NCBI GenBank assembly: GCA_963748815.1
Contig: CAVVKJ010000009.1
Location: forward strand, 32,001 to 96,000
DNA: 64,000 nucleotides
Direction: 5' to 3'
Source: an uncultured Gemmatimonadales bacterium
Lineage (GTDB): Bacteria > Gemmatimonadota > Gemmatimonadetes > Gemmatimonadales > GWC2-71-9
The notes under the pieces are model-generated. The model saw nothing but the letters and a program-made list of their open reading frames with translations, ran no database searches and had not been told where the DNA came from. Below, one piece after another: positions 11,143 to 21,038 of the stretch. Both the position numbers and the translations under genes were made by a program. Numbering within the stretch: position 1 is the first letter of the stretch; every line of letters begins with the position of its first letter.

Positions 11143-13351
11143 TCATGTCGTGCGGTTGATGCGCAAGGGCAGTTTCCGCAGCCGTTCCCCCGTCAGCGCG
11201 AACACCGCGTTGGCCACTGCCGGCGCGATCGGCGGCACCCCCGGCTCCCCCACCCCGCCCGGCGGCTCCGTGCTCGGCACGATATGCACCTCCACCACGG
11301 GCGCCGTCGGCATCCGCACCATCTCGTAGTCGTAGAAGTTGCTCTGCTGGACCCGCCCCTTGTCGAGGGTGATCTCGCCGTGCAGCGCGGCGGTGAGCCC
11401 GAAGATGACCCCACCCTGCATCTGTGCCGTGATCAGCCCCGGGTTGACCGGCGTGCCGCAATCCACCGCGCACGTCACCCGGTGCACCTGGATGACCCCG
11501 GCCGGTGACACCGACACCTCCGCGACTTCCGCCACGATGCTGCCGAAGGAACGCACGATGGCCAAGCCGCGCGCGCGGCCGGGGGGGAGCGGGCTCCCCC
11601 ACCCCGAGCGAATCGCCGCGCGCTTGAGCACCGCCGACATCCGCGGGTCGTCCTTGAGCAACCGGTGGCGATAGATGAGCGGATCCTGCCCGGCCGCCGC
11701 CGCGAGTTCGTCGACGAAGCTCTCGGTCACGAACGAGTTCTGCGAGTGGCCCACCGAACGCCAGAAGCCGACCGGCACCGGCAGGGTCAGTTCCCGCCAG
11801 TCCACCAGGAGGTTCGGCACCGCGTACGGGAGGTCGGCCGACCCCTCCACCGCGGATGGATCGACGCCGTGCTCCAGCGCTCCCGTCAGGCTCATGGCGA
11901 AGTCGGGCAGCCACCCCGGCACCCAGTTCCGGATGATCGACTGGCAGGCGATCCGCTGGCGCCATGCCGCCGGCAGCCCGTCGCTCCCCAGGGAAGCCGA
12001 AAGTGCGTGGGCGGTGATGGGGCGGTAATAGTCGTGCCGGGTGTCGTCCTCCCGGCTCCAGATGACCTGGACCGGCCGCGCGATTTCCCGGGCGACCAGC
12101 ACCGCCTCCGTCACGTAGTCCACCTCGAGCCGGCGGCCGAATCCCCCGCCGAGAAAGGTGGTGTTGATGGTGACGTCCGAGGTGGAAACGCCGGCCGCGT
12201 CCGCCGCGACCCCGCGCGCGCCACCCTTGTTGAGGAAGCCGGGACCCATCTGGAATTGGGTCGGCGCCCAGACCTCCACTCGGCCGTCGTGCACCCAGGC
12301 GGTGCAGTTCTGCGGCTCCATCGTGGCATGGGCGAGGTAGGGGGCCTCGTACAGCGCGTCGACCCTCGTGCCCCCCGACGCCAGCGCCGCGTTCGCGTCG
12401 CCGACTTCGCGCGCCACCTTGCCCTCGTCCGACGCGAGGAGGCGCTGCAGCTGCCCGGCGATTCCCGCGGACGACAACGACGCGCCGGCGCCCTCGTCCC
12501 AGGTGATCTCGAGCGCCCGGCGCCCCTTCACCGCCTGCCAGTAGTGCTCGGCCACCACGGCGACCCGGTCCTTCAGCCGCACCACCTTGATGACCCCCGG
12601 CATGCCTGCCACCACTGCCTCCCCTGCCACGCTGCCCACCTGCCCCCCCGGCACCGGGCAGCGCTCCACGCTGGCGTACACCATGTCCGGAAGCCGCACG
12701 TCGATGCCAAAGGTGGCGGTCCCGCGCACCTTGGCAACATTGTCGAGCCGGTCGACCGACGTGCCGATGAGCCGGAAATCCTTCGGGTCCTTGAGGGGAA
12801 TGTCCTTGGGCACCGGGAGCACGTTCGCGTCCGCCACCAGCGCGCCGAAGTCGAGTTCCTCGCCGGTGGCGTCGTTCCGGACCATGCCGGAGGCGGTGCT
12901 GCAGGAGGCCGCCGGCACGCCCCACCGGCCTGCCGCCGCCGCAATCAGCATCGCGCGCGCCGTCGCCCCGGCCTGTCGCATCGGCAGCCACCCGGTGCGG
13001 ATGCTGGTGCTCCCGCCGGTCACCTGCGCCTGCAGTGCCGGGTTGTAGTACGCCTTGGCCGCCGGCGCCTGCACGAAGGTGACCCGTTCCCAGCCGCAGT
13101 CGAGCTCCTCCGCCAGCAGCATCGCGAGCCCGGTGGTCGGCCCCTGCCCCATTTCCGAACGACCGATGACCACCGTCACCATGCCGTCGGGCGAGAGGCG
13201 CAGGAAGGCATCCGGCGCGAAGATCCAGTCGGGGGCGTCCGGCGCGCCGCTGCCGCACCCCTGGAAGTAGACGGCCAGCGTCAGCCCGGCGCCGGCGGTC
13301 GACGGCCGCCTTGACGAAGTCCCTTCGGGTGACGCCGTCGGAACCGCTCAC
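11143..13351 (-). CDS. IorB-like molybdopterin-binding subunit (xanthine dehydrogenase family), Tat signal, +1 frameshift near 13300
   Basis: GTG 13351 overlaps the iorA stop. TRRDFVK Tat motif, then [42 protein letters not shown]. Confidence 0.88.
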
Positions 13352-13806
13352 GAGGTGGCCTCCGCGGCGCGGTGAATGGCCAGCCGGATCCGTTCGTAGG
13401 TGCCGCACCGGCAGATGTTGCCCGCCATGGCCGTGTCGATGTCCTGGTCGGTAGGACGCGGGGTCCCGGCGAGGAGGGCGGCGGCGGACATGATTTGCCC
13501 GACCTGGCAGTAACCGCACTGCGGGACCTGTTCCCGGAGCCACGCCAGCTGCACCGGATGACTCCCGTCGGCGGAGAGACCCTCGATGGTGGTGATGGCC
13601 CGCGCCCCGACATCCCGCACGATCCACTGGCAGGAGCGGGTGGCCTCGCCGTCGAGGTGGACGGTGCAGGCGCCGCATTGGCCCACGCCGCACCCGAACT
13701 TGGTGCCGGTCAGGTTGAGATGGTCCCGCAGCACCCAGAGGAGGGGGGTGTCGGGGTCGACATCCACGGTGGTGGAGGTGCCGTTGATGCGCAGGGTGTA
13801 CTGCAC
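13348..13806 (-). CDS. IorA-like (2Fe-2S)-binding subunit
   Basis: [32 protein letters not shown]. Confidence 0.95.
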   Translation of the reverse strand: MQYTLRINGTSTTVDVDPDTPLLWVLRDHLNLTGTKFGCGVGQCGACTVHLDGEATRSCQWIVRDVGARAITTIEGLSADGSHPVQLAWLREQVPQCGYCQVGQIMSAAALLAGTPRPTDQDIDTAMAGNICRCGTYERIRLAIHRAAEATS

Positions 13807-13818
13807 GTGGCCGATCCG

Positions 13819-13848
13819 GAAAGGAGTGCCGGAACTAATGGCACTCCC
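13819..13848 (-). terminator. Hairpin, probable terminator after the protease/lipoprotein pair
   Basis: GGAGTGCC-N9-GGCACTCC followed by TTTCC on the minus strand. Confidence 0.45.
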
Positions 13849-13872
13849 CCCGGTGGCGTCAAGCGGTTTGGG

Positions 13873-14280
13873 CTACTTCTGTACCTGCAGGCTGTAGGTG
13901 CCCACAGCGCGCTGGGCGTAGGTGACCTTGGCGGCCACCTGCAGCAGCTGGGTGGTGATGGACGACGCCTTGCTGACGTCGGCCACGTAGAGCGTCAGGA
14001 GGTTGCTCCCGGTCGCGATGTCGCCGGTCACGATGGCGCGCACCACGTTCGGGCCCGGGATCGACTGGTAGAGCGTGAGGCCCGCGGGGGCCACGACGGA
14101 ATCCACCACGCCGGTCACCTGGAACATCACGGCGCCGTCGTCGGTGTTGGGGGTGGTGATGACCACCCGCAGCGGACCGGCCACCGGCCCGGTGGGGCCG
14201 CCGCCGCTATCGCTGCCACAGCCGGCGGCCACCACGAGGGCGGCCACGAGGGCGGTGCCCCGGATCAGGGTCGACTTCAT
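13873..14280 (-). CDS. Small beta-rich lipoprotein, possibly cohesin-like
   Basis: Lipobox VVAAGC, Gly/Pro linker, alternating beta-strand pattern. ATGA overlap with the upstream protease. Confidence 0.7.
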   Translation of the reverse strand: MKSTLIRGTALVAALVVAAGCGSDSGGGPTGPVAGPLRVVITTPNTDDGAVMFQVTGVVDSVVAPAGLTLYQSIPGPNVVRAIVTGDIATGSNLLTLYVADVSKASSITTQLLQVAAKVTYAQRAVGTYSLQVQK

Positions 14281-16295
14281 GGGGTCACTCCCTTCGGCGT
14301 CTGCGCCGTAGTCGGGCCTGCCGCAGCAAGCAATTTGGCCATCAGCTCAGGCGGGACGCCCTGGCCGGAAATGGTGACCCAGCGCAGGAAGTCGCCGAGG
14401 TCGTAGGTGCCGTTGTTGTTGCCCTCCTGGTCGAGCAGGGTGCGCTGTGCCACCGAGAGGCTCGGCACGCCGAGCAGGTCGTTCGCCGCGGCGGTCGTGG
14501 TAAAGACGGCCACGAACGTGAACTGCGCGGTCAGCGCCCAGTTCCGGTCCATGGTCACGATCAGCTCGGCGTTGGTGGTGGTCGTGTCGCCCGCCCAGCC
14601 GACAAAGGTGTGTCCCACCGCCGGGAGCGCGGTCAGCGTCACCACGGTGCCCGGCGGCACGCCGACCCCCGCCGCCAGGTCGCCCGCGACCGACGACTGA
14701 ATGGTGCCGGTTCCAGTGCCGAACTTGGTCACCTGCAGCAGCTGTTCAACGCGGTACCGGAACCGGACGACCTGGCCGGATTCGATGCGGATCGAGTCGA
14801 TCAGCCCCGGCAGGGAGGCGCCGGCGTTGGTGCGGAAGGCGGGGTTGGTGTTGGCGTTGAACGTCGTGTTGTTCGTGGAGCCGGGGAAGGCGTCGCCCAC
14901 GTCGCCCCGGTTGTTCTGCCCGGCCGGCGCGCGAAGCTGGTTCAGGCCGTCGGCCTGCATCAGCGCCACCCCCTGGACCGCCCCGGTGTTGACGGTGTTG
15001 GTATTGAGCCCGGTGTTGATGCGGGACTGGTCGATGTGCCAGATGTAGAGCCCGGGTGACTTGACCCGACTGTACGCCGGGTTCATCTGCGCGGTATCGC
15101 TCTCGATCGCGGCGCGGTTCTCGAGGATGAAGTACTCGCCCGGCGTCGCGGTCTTGAGGATCCGGACCGTGTCGGAGGTGGCCACCGGGTTCATGGTGAT
15201 GGTGCCCGAGGCGGCGATCGTGTCGGCCTTGACCCAGCCGAGTTCCAGGAGCGACCACCCCTCCATGCGGGACGGGCTGTACGCGCGGGCGTAGTTGCCG
15301 GAGCCCATGAGGCCGAACTCGCCGATGCCCTGGGTGCCGGTCTGGGTGTCGTAGAGGTCGGGAAGGCCGAAGGCGTGGCCGGTCTCGTGGGCCACGGTGC
15401 CGATCGGCATGATCTGTCCGGCGGTGCAGGAGCTGTTGCCGCCCTGGCCACTCTGGATGGTGTAGTCGGAGATCCGGATCTTGCCGCCGCCGAAGCGGTT
15501 GGTCTTGGTGACGAACGGCGACCCGTTCATCCACCCTTCCATGACCCAGCGGTGCGCCCAGATGTGGACGGTGCCGCAGGCGCCGTCGACCTCGGGCTGG
15601 ATGAAGGTGACGAAGTCCACGTAGCCGTCGTCGTCGCCCGAATTCGGGATGCCGTCCGGCCCGTCATTGTCGTAGGCCGACCAGACCGTGAGGGAGTCGG
15701 CCCCATTGGACACCTTGGTCAGCGCCCCGACGAGCATCGTGCCGAACCGGGCACCGCCGTCCGAGCAGGGGTTCTGCACGCCGATGCCGTTGCAGCCGTT
15801 TTCGTAGTAGGCGGCGCTCGAGTCGGCGGCGACCCACGGGAAGACGACGCCCGACATCGTGATGTTCCCGTTGGCCAGCTGCTCGTAGTACGTCTTGAGG
15901 CTGTACGGGTTCACCGCCGGCGCCGGCGAGAAGAGCACGTCCTGGTACTGCGCCGTGGTGAAGAGCGTCAGGGTGTCGGTGTTCGAGAACCGGACCGCCA
16001 CCACGGGAATCACGAAGTTGCCCGTGACGACCGTTGCCGACCGGCCCGGCGCGCTGGCGTTCAGGGTCCCGAACTGCCCCGCCGAGAGGAGGGCCTGCCG
16101 AGTGGCCCGGATACTGGCGGTCTGCTTCCGCCAGGCGCCATTGGGCCGGAAATCGAGGCCCCGGACCTCGAACTGCCCGGGCCGAGCCCGGGGGTACTGG
16201 GCTGCCGCCGGCGCGACTCCAGCCAGCAACAGCACCGCCGCCCCGATCAGGGACGGGAAAGCCGAGTTAAACCGCAATGGGGATGCTCCTGGCAA
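14277..16295 (-). CDS. Secreted M6-family (immune inhibitor A-like) zinc metalloprotease with a bacterial repeat domain and C-terminal dockerin-like motif
   Basis: Signal peptide, SLKTYY, DDGYVD, IWAHRW, HETGHAFGLPDLYD, GLMGSG, YFILENR, GLYIWHID. Tail LLG..L...Q..LDQEGNNNGTYDLGD. Confidence 0.88.
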   Translation of the reverse strand: MPGASPLRFNSAFPSLIGAAVLLLAGVAPAAAQYPRARPGQFEVRGLDFRPNGAWRKQTASIRATRQALLSAGQFGTLNASAPGRSATVVTGNFVIPVVAVRFSNTDTLTLFTTAQYQDVLFSPAPAVNPYSLKTYYEQLANGNITMSGVVFPWVAADSSAAYYENGCNGIGVQNPCSDGGARFGTMLVGALTKVSNGADSLTVWSAYDNDGPDGIPNSGDDDGYVDFVTFIQPEVDGACGTVHIWAHRWVMEGWMNGSPFVTKTNRFGGGKIRISDYTIQSGQGGNSSCTAGQIMPIGTVAHETGHAFGLPDLYDTQTGTQGIGEFGLMGSGNYARAYSPSRMEGWSLLELGWVKADTIAASGTITMNPVATSDTVRILKTATPGEYFILENRAAIESDTAQMNPAYSRVKSPGLYIWHIDQSRINTGLNTNTVNTGAVQGVALMQADGLNQLRAPAGQNNRGDVGDAFPGSTNNTTFNANTNPAFRTNAGASLPGLIDSIRIESGQVVRFRYRVEQLLQVTKFGTGTGTIQSSVAGDLAAGVGVPPGTVVTLTALPAVGHTFVGWAGDTTTTNAELIVTMDRNWALTAQFTFVAVFTTTAAANDLLGVPSLSVAQRTLLDQEGNNNGTYDLGDFLRWVTISGQGVPPELMAKLLAAAGPTTAQTPKGVTP

Positions 16296-16361
16296 GAGAC
16301 AAATGAGGGTGGCACAAAGTAGCGTCCGGCGGCCGAAAACTCAATGAACCACCCCAATGAG

Positions 16362-16484
16362 GCGGGGCAGCGGGGCGGCGGGGCAGCGGGGAAGCGGGGA
16401 AGCGGGGAAGCGGGGAAGCGGGGAAGCGGGGAAGCGGGGAAGCGGGGAAGCGGGGAAGCGGGGAAGCGGGGAAGCGGGGCCGAA
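16362..16484 (+). repeat. (GCGGGGAA)11 array with three degenerate leading units, ending GCGGGGCCGAA
   Basis: Counted directly from the sequence. Confidence 0.97.
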
Positions 16485-16675
16485 GGTGAGCACGGCCACT
16501 GAACCTGTCAACAGGCAGCCTGATGGGATTGACCAACCGCGGGGATTTTCGGCATCCGGCACGTTGGGTTGAACCCGTTTGAATAGGGGTGGGCATATGC
16601 CCACCCCGGCCGGTGCGCCCGCGCATGGGGATGCGATTGCATTCGGGGCTCCGCCCACCCCGGCCGGTGCGCCCT
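16480..16675. repeat. Dispersed ~200 bp palindromic element, copy 1
   Basis: Aligns almost without gaps to 22501-22698. Contains the perfect palindrome GGGGTGGGCATATGCCCACCCC and the internal direct repeat GCCCACCCCGGCCGGTGCGCCC. Confidence 0.85.
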
Positions 16676-16789
16676 CCGGCCCCCCTGCCCCCAAGCTTGT
16701 GCCCTGCCCCCCAATTTTGTAGTTTAAACCGTTCTGTTACATAGCGATGGGGGGCGACCCTCAGGACCATTCAGCCCGCCCGAGGTTCC

Positions 16790-17998
16790 GTGGCCACTCA
16801 GACCCTTCCGCACGTCGCGCTGTTCGACAAGTGCCGTGATTTCACCAAGGTCGATGAGATCAGGGCAGCCGGGCTGTATCCCTACTTCAAGCCGATCTCG
16901 GAGTCGGAAGACACCGTCGTCGTCATCGAAGGCCAAAAGCGGATCATGCTCGGGTCGAACAACTACCTCGGCCTGACCCACCACCCCAAGGTGCTCGAGG
17001 CCGCCTCCCGCGCCCTGCACCGCTACGGCTCCGGCTGCACCGGGAGCCGCTTCCTGAACGGCACCCTCGACCTGCACCAGCAGCTCGAGGCCGCCCTCGC
17101 CGAGTTTGTCGGCAAGGAAGACTGTCTCGTCTTCTCCACCGGCTATAACGCCAATCTCGGCCTCATCTCCGCCCTGGTCGGCAAGGACGACGTCGTCTAC
17201 CTCGACAAGCTCGACCACGCCTCGATCGTCGACGGCGCAAAAATGTCGTACGGGACCACCAGCCGCTTCAACCACGGCAACCTGGCCCAGCTCGACCGCA
17301 AGATGGCGCCCGATGCCGCCGCCGGCCGGGGGATGATGATCATCGTGGACGGGGTCTACTCCATGGAAGGCGACATCGCCGACGTGGCCGGCCTGTCCGC
17401 CCTGGCCCGGAAGCACGGCGCCGCCCTCGCCATCGACGACGCCCACTCCCTCGGCGTCCTCGGCCCCAAGGGCGACGGCACCGCCGCCCACTTCGGGATG
17501 ACCGACGACGTCGACATCATCGCCGGCACCTTCTCGAAGTCGCTGGCCTCCATCGGCGGATTTGTCGCCGCCCGCGCCAATGTCATCGACTACCTGCGGC
17601 ACCACTGCCGGCCGCTCATCTTTACCGCGTCGCTCCCCCCGGCCAACACCGCCGGCGTACTTGCGGCCCTCGAAGTGATGCAGCAGGAGCCGGAGCGGCG
17701 CGAGGCCCTCTGGGCCAACACCCGCCGCCTGCAGGACGGCTTCCGCCACCTCGGCTTCGACATCGGGCCGACCGAAACCCCGATCGTGCCCGTACTCGTC
17801 GGCCCGCTCGAGACCACCTTCCTCTTCTGGCGGAAGCTCTTCGACGCCGGCGTCTTCACCAATCCGGTGGCGCCCCCGGCCGTTCCGCCGGCGCAGTGCC
17901 GGCTCCGGACCAGCCTCATGGCCACCCACACCTTCGATCAGATCGACTTCGCACTCGAGGCCTTCGCGAAGATCGGTCGCGAGCTCGGCGTCATCTGA
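16790..17998 (+). CDS. spt: Serine palmitoyltransferase-like PLP-dependent alpha-oxoamine synthase
   Basis: SNNYLGL, GSRFLNGT, FSTGYNANLG, HASIVDG, GVYSMEGD, DDAHS, GTFSKSLASIGG (PLP lysine), IFTASLPP, plus operon context. Confidence 0.8.
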   Translation: MATQTLPHVALFDKCRDFTKVDEIRAAGLYPYFKPISESEDTVVVIEGQKRIMLGSNNYLGLTHHPKVLEAASRALHRYGSGCTGSRFLNGTLDLHQQLEAALAEFVGKEDCLVFSTGYNANLGLISALVGKDDVVYLDKLDHASIVDGAKMSYGTTSRFNHGNLAQLDRKMAPDAAAGRGMMIIVDGVYSMEGDIADVAGLSALARKHGAALAIDDAHSLGVLGPKGDGTAAHFGMTDDVDIIAGTFSKSLASIGGFVAARANVIDYLRHHCRPLIFTASLPPANTAGVLAALEVMQQEPERREALWANTRRLQDGFRHLGFDIGPTETPIVPVLVGPLETTFLFWRKLFDAGVFTNPVAPPAVPPAQCRLRTSLMATHTFDQIDFALEAFAKIGRELGVI

Positions 17999-19140
17999 AC
18001 GGAGCCCTCCAGGTCACGCCGGTCCGCACCGGCGCCGACCTCAACGCCTTCATTGCCCTGCCCTACCGGCTGCACGCGGCGGACCCGAACTGGGTTCCGC
18101 CGCTCCGCATGGACGTGCGCACCCTGCTCGACCGCGCCAAGAACCCCTTTTTCGAGCACGGCGAGGCGGAGTATTTCCTCGCCACCCGCGCGGGCGCCGT
18201 GGTCGGCCGCATCACCGCCCAGATCAACACCCTCCACAACCAGATCCACGAAGACAAGGTCGGCTTCTTCGGGTTCTTCGAGTGCGAGAACGACCAGGCC
18301 ATCGCCGACGCGCTCTTCGACACCGCCGCCGCCTGGCTCCGGACTCGCGGCTTCGACACCATGCGGGGCCCCGCCTCCTTCTCGGTGAACGACGAATGCG
18401 GCCTCAAGGTGGACGGCTTCGACACACCGCCGACCATCATGATGCCGCACAACCCGCCCTACTACGTCCAGCTGGTGGAACTCGCCGGGTTCGTGAAGGC
18501 CAAGGACCTGCTCATCTACCAGGGCGGCGACCTCACCTTCCGGGCCTACAAGCCGGTGCACGAGCGGCTGACCCGCGCCGTGAGCATCATGCAAACCCGG
18601 ATGGGCGTCACCCTGCGGCCGATCGACATGACGCGGTTCCACGAAGAAATCGAGCTGGTCAAGTCGCTGTACAACCGGTCCTGGGAAAAGAACTGGGGCT
18701 TCGTCCCCATGACCGATCACGAGATCGACCACCTCGCGAAGCAGTTCAAGCCGGTCATCGTCCCCGACCTGATCACCTTCGCGGAGAAGGACGGCGTCCC
18801 GGTCGGCTTTTCGCTGGCCATTCCCGACTTCAACGTCATCTTCCGCACCAATCGGCAGGGCCGCCTCACGCCGATGGTCATCCTCCGCCTCCTCTGGGCG
18901 CTGAAGCGGGAAAAGCTCCGGCGCTGCCGCATCCCCCTCCTCGGCGTCGTGCCGGAGTTCCGGGGCCGCGGGCTCGATTCGGTGCTCTACCACGCGGTCT
19001 GGACCAAGGCCGCCGAGCACGGGATCTACTGGGGCGAAGGGGGCTGGATCCTCGAGGACAATCCCGCCATGAACATGGGGCTCTCCAAGATGGGATTCAC
19101 CGTGTACCAGATTCTCCGGATGTACGACCGACCGCTGTGA
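17995..19140 (+). CDS. GNAT-fold N-acyltransferase, bacterial ceramide synthase (bCerS)-like
   Basis: FIALPYRLH..DPNWVPPL, NPFF, VGRI, GFFGFFEC, MMPHNPPYY, NWGFVP, LGVVPEFRGRG, WILEDN. Probable CTG start overlapping the spt stop (CTGA). Confidence 0.75.
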   Translation: MNGALQVTPVRTGADLNAFIALPYRLHAADPNWVPPLRMDVRTLLDRAKNPFFEHGEAEYFLATRAGAVVGRITAQINTLHNQIHEDKVGFFGFFECENDQAIADALFDTAAAWLRTRGFDTMRGPASFSVNDECGLKVDGFDTPPTIMMPHNPPYYVQLVELAGFVKAKDLLIYQGGDLTFRAYKPVHERLTRAVSIMQTRMGVTLRPIDMTRFHEEIELVKSLYNRSWEKNWGFVPMTDHEIDHLAKQFKPVIVPDLITFAEKDGVPVGFSLAIPDFNVIFRTNRQGRLTPMVILRLLWALKREKLRRCRIPLLGVVPEFRGRGLDSVLYHAVWTKAAEHGIYWGEGGWILEDNPAMNMGLSKMGFTVYQILRMYDRPL

Positions 19141-20105
19141 AGGCGCTCGTCACCGGCGGCACCGGCTTCGTCGGCAGTCACCTCATCGACTCATTGCTGC
19201 ATCGCGGGGACGAGGTCACCGCGCTGGTCCGGACGCCCGCCAAGGCGGCCGGCCTCGCCGAGCGCGGCGTCCGGCTGGTCCGGGGCGACCTGGCGGCGCT
19301 CGACGCCCTGCGCGAGGCCGCCGAAGGGGCGGACGTCATCTACCACGTGGCGGGCGTCGTGGCCGCGCGCAACGACGCGGAGTTCCTGCAGGCCAATCGC
19401 GACGGGACGGCCAATCTCCTGGCCGCGGCACGCCAGTCGGGATCGCCCCGCTTCGTGCTCGTCTCCACCCTGGCCGCCGCCGGACCGGCCGCCCGGGGGG
19501 TCCCCCTCGTGGGAGGGGAACCGCCCCGGCCGGTGACCGCCTACGGCCGCAGCAAGCTGGCCGGCGAAGAGGTGGTGCGGTCCAGCCCCCTTCCCTGGGT
19601 CATCCTCCGCCCCCCGATGGTCTACGGCCCCCGGGACACCGAGGTGCTCAAGCTCTTCAAGATGGCCAAGTGGGGCGTGTCACCCGTTTTCGGGAAGGGC
19701 GACCAGGAACTCTCGGCCATCTTCGGCCCCGATCTCGCCGACGCGCTCATCGCCGCGGGTACCAGCGCGAACGCCGTCGGCAAGACCTACCTCCCCTGTC
19801 ACCCCGAAGTCTTCACTTCCGGCGCCTTCGCGCGACAGATCGGCACCGCGGTGGGCCGGGATGTCCTGGTGCTGTCGGTGCCCGAAGTGATCGGCCGCGG
19901 ACTCCTGGCCGCGATCGGCGGCGCCGCGAAACTCACCGGCACCGCCAGCATCCTCTCCTCCGAGAAGGCGGACGAGTTCTTCGAGGCGGCGTGGACCGGA
20001 AGCCCCGCCGAATTCATGGCCGATACCGGCTGGCGCCCCTCCACCGACATCGCGAAGGGACTGGCGGAGACGATGGCGTGGTATCGCGCCGAGGCGTGGC
20101 TCTGA
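19137..20105 (+). CDS. NAD(P)-dependent epimerase/dehydratase-family SDR, ceramide reductase (CerR)-like
   Basis: GTGA overlap. TGGTGFVG Rossmann motif, YGRSK catalytic motif, RPPMVYGP. Confidence 0.85.
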   Translation: MKALVTGGTGFVGSHLIDSLLHRGDEVTALVRTPAKAAGLAERGVRLVRGDLAALDALREAAEGADVIYHVAGVVAARNDAEFLQANRDGTANLLAAARQSGSPRFVLVSTLAAAGPAARGVPLVGGEPPRPVTAYGRSKLAGEEVVRSSPLPWVILRPPMVYGPRDTEVLKLFKMAKWGVSPVFGKGDQELSAIFGPDLADALIAAGTSANAVGKTYLPCHPEVFTSGAFARQIGTAVGRDVLVLSVPEVIGRGLLAAIGGAAKLTGTASILSSEKADEFFEAAWTGSPAEFMADTGWRPSTDIAKGLAETMAWYRAEAWL

Positions 20106-20926
20106 TGCGAACGCTGGACAAGGTGATCCTGGGCTACGTCGCGATCGTCTCCGCCCTGGCGCTCTGGCGGGCGCCGGAGAGCCCCGGCTGCTGGTGGCTC
20201 CTGGGAGCCCACGCCCTCGTGGTCGTGCTGATCCTGCTGCTGACCCGTCCGGGGCTGGGGCCGGTGGGGCGGGTGCTGCGGGAGTTATACCCCGTCATCC
20301 TGCTCATCCTCTTCTACAGCGAAATCGACATCCTGAATGCCGGCGGCATCGTGATACACGACGCCACGGTGCAGCGCTGGGAGCTGGCCCTCTTCGGCGA
20401 GCAGCTGAGCCAGACCCTCTGGCGGGACCGCTTCCCGAGCACCGTTCTCTCGACCATTCTGCACGCCTCCTATTGGAGCTATTACCCGCTCCTCCTCCTG
20501 CCGGTCGGCTATTTCGCGCTGCGGAAGGACTGGTTCTCGCTCCGGCGCACGATGTACGTCGTGATCCTGACCCTCCTCGCCTGCTACCTGGTCTTCCTCA
20601 CCTGGCCGGTGGTGGGGCCGTACTACGAATTCGCGCGCCCCGACGCCTGGTTCCTCGACAATCCCCCGGCCCGGCTGGTCTACGCGATGCTGGCGTCAGG
20701 GAGCTCGTATGGCGCGGCGTTCCCGTCGTCGCACGTCGCGGCCACGATGGCCGCCACCTCCGGCGCCTGGCGCGGCGACCGCCGGCTCGGCCTCGCGATG
20801 CTGCTCCCGATGGTGCTGCTCATCATTTCGGTGGTGTACTGCCAGATGCACTACGGGGTGGACGCGTTGACGGGGATGGTCGTGGGCGCAGGGGCGTGGT
20901 GGGCGGGAGGGAAATACAGGGAATAG
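20105..20926 (+). CDS. PAP2-superfamily integral membrane enzyme (Aur1/IPC-synthase-like)
   Basis: TGATG overlap. Multiple TMs, WPVVGPYY, AAFPSSH, HYGVD. Confidence 0.8.
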   Translation: MRTLDKVILGYVAIVSALALWRAPESPGCWWLLGAHALVVVLILLLTRPGLGPVGRVLRELYPVILLILFYSEIDILNAGGIVIHDATVQRWELALFGEQLSQTLWRDRFPSTVLSTILHASYWSYYPLLLLPVGYFALRKDWFSLRRTMYVVILTLLACYLVFLTWPVVGPYYEFARPDAWFLDNPPARLVYAMLASGSSYGAAFPSSHVAATMAATSGAWRGDRRLGLAMLLPMVLLIISVVYCQMHYGVDALTGMVVGAGAWWAGGKYRE

Positions 20927-20968
20927 GGGGGAGCGGGGGAGGAGGCTGCCTTGCATCGGGAAACGTCA

Positions 20969-20995
20969 AGGGGCAACCAGTCCATGGTTGCCCCT
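20969..20995. terminator. Hairpin between convergent genes
   Basis: AGGGGCAACCA-GTCCA-TGGTTGCCCCT. Confidence 0.6.
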
Positions 20996-21038
20996 CGCCG
21001 TTGTTGCCCAGCGGGCCAGCCGAATTACGACGCCGTGG

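Noticed and set aside
16308..16324. TGGCAC as a sigma54 promoter
   Set aside because: GG-to-GC spacing is 9 rather than 10 nt, and it points away from the adjacent protease gene.
16267..16770. ORFs encoding PLPRFPAS or GKRGSGEA repeats (also at 10603-11122, 21973-22680 and 24274-24552)
   Set aside because: They are translations of the stop-free octamer repeat with no other coding signal.
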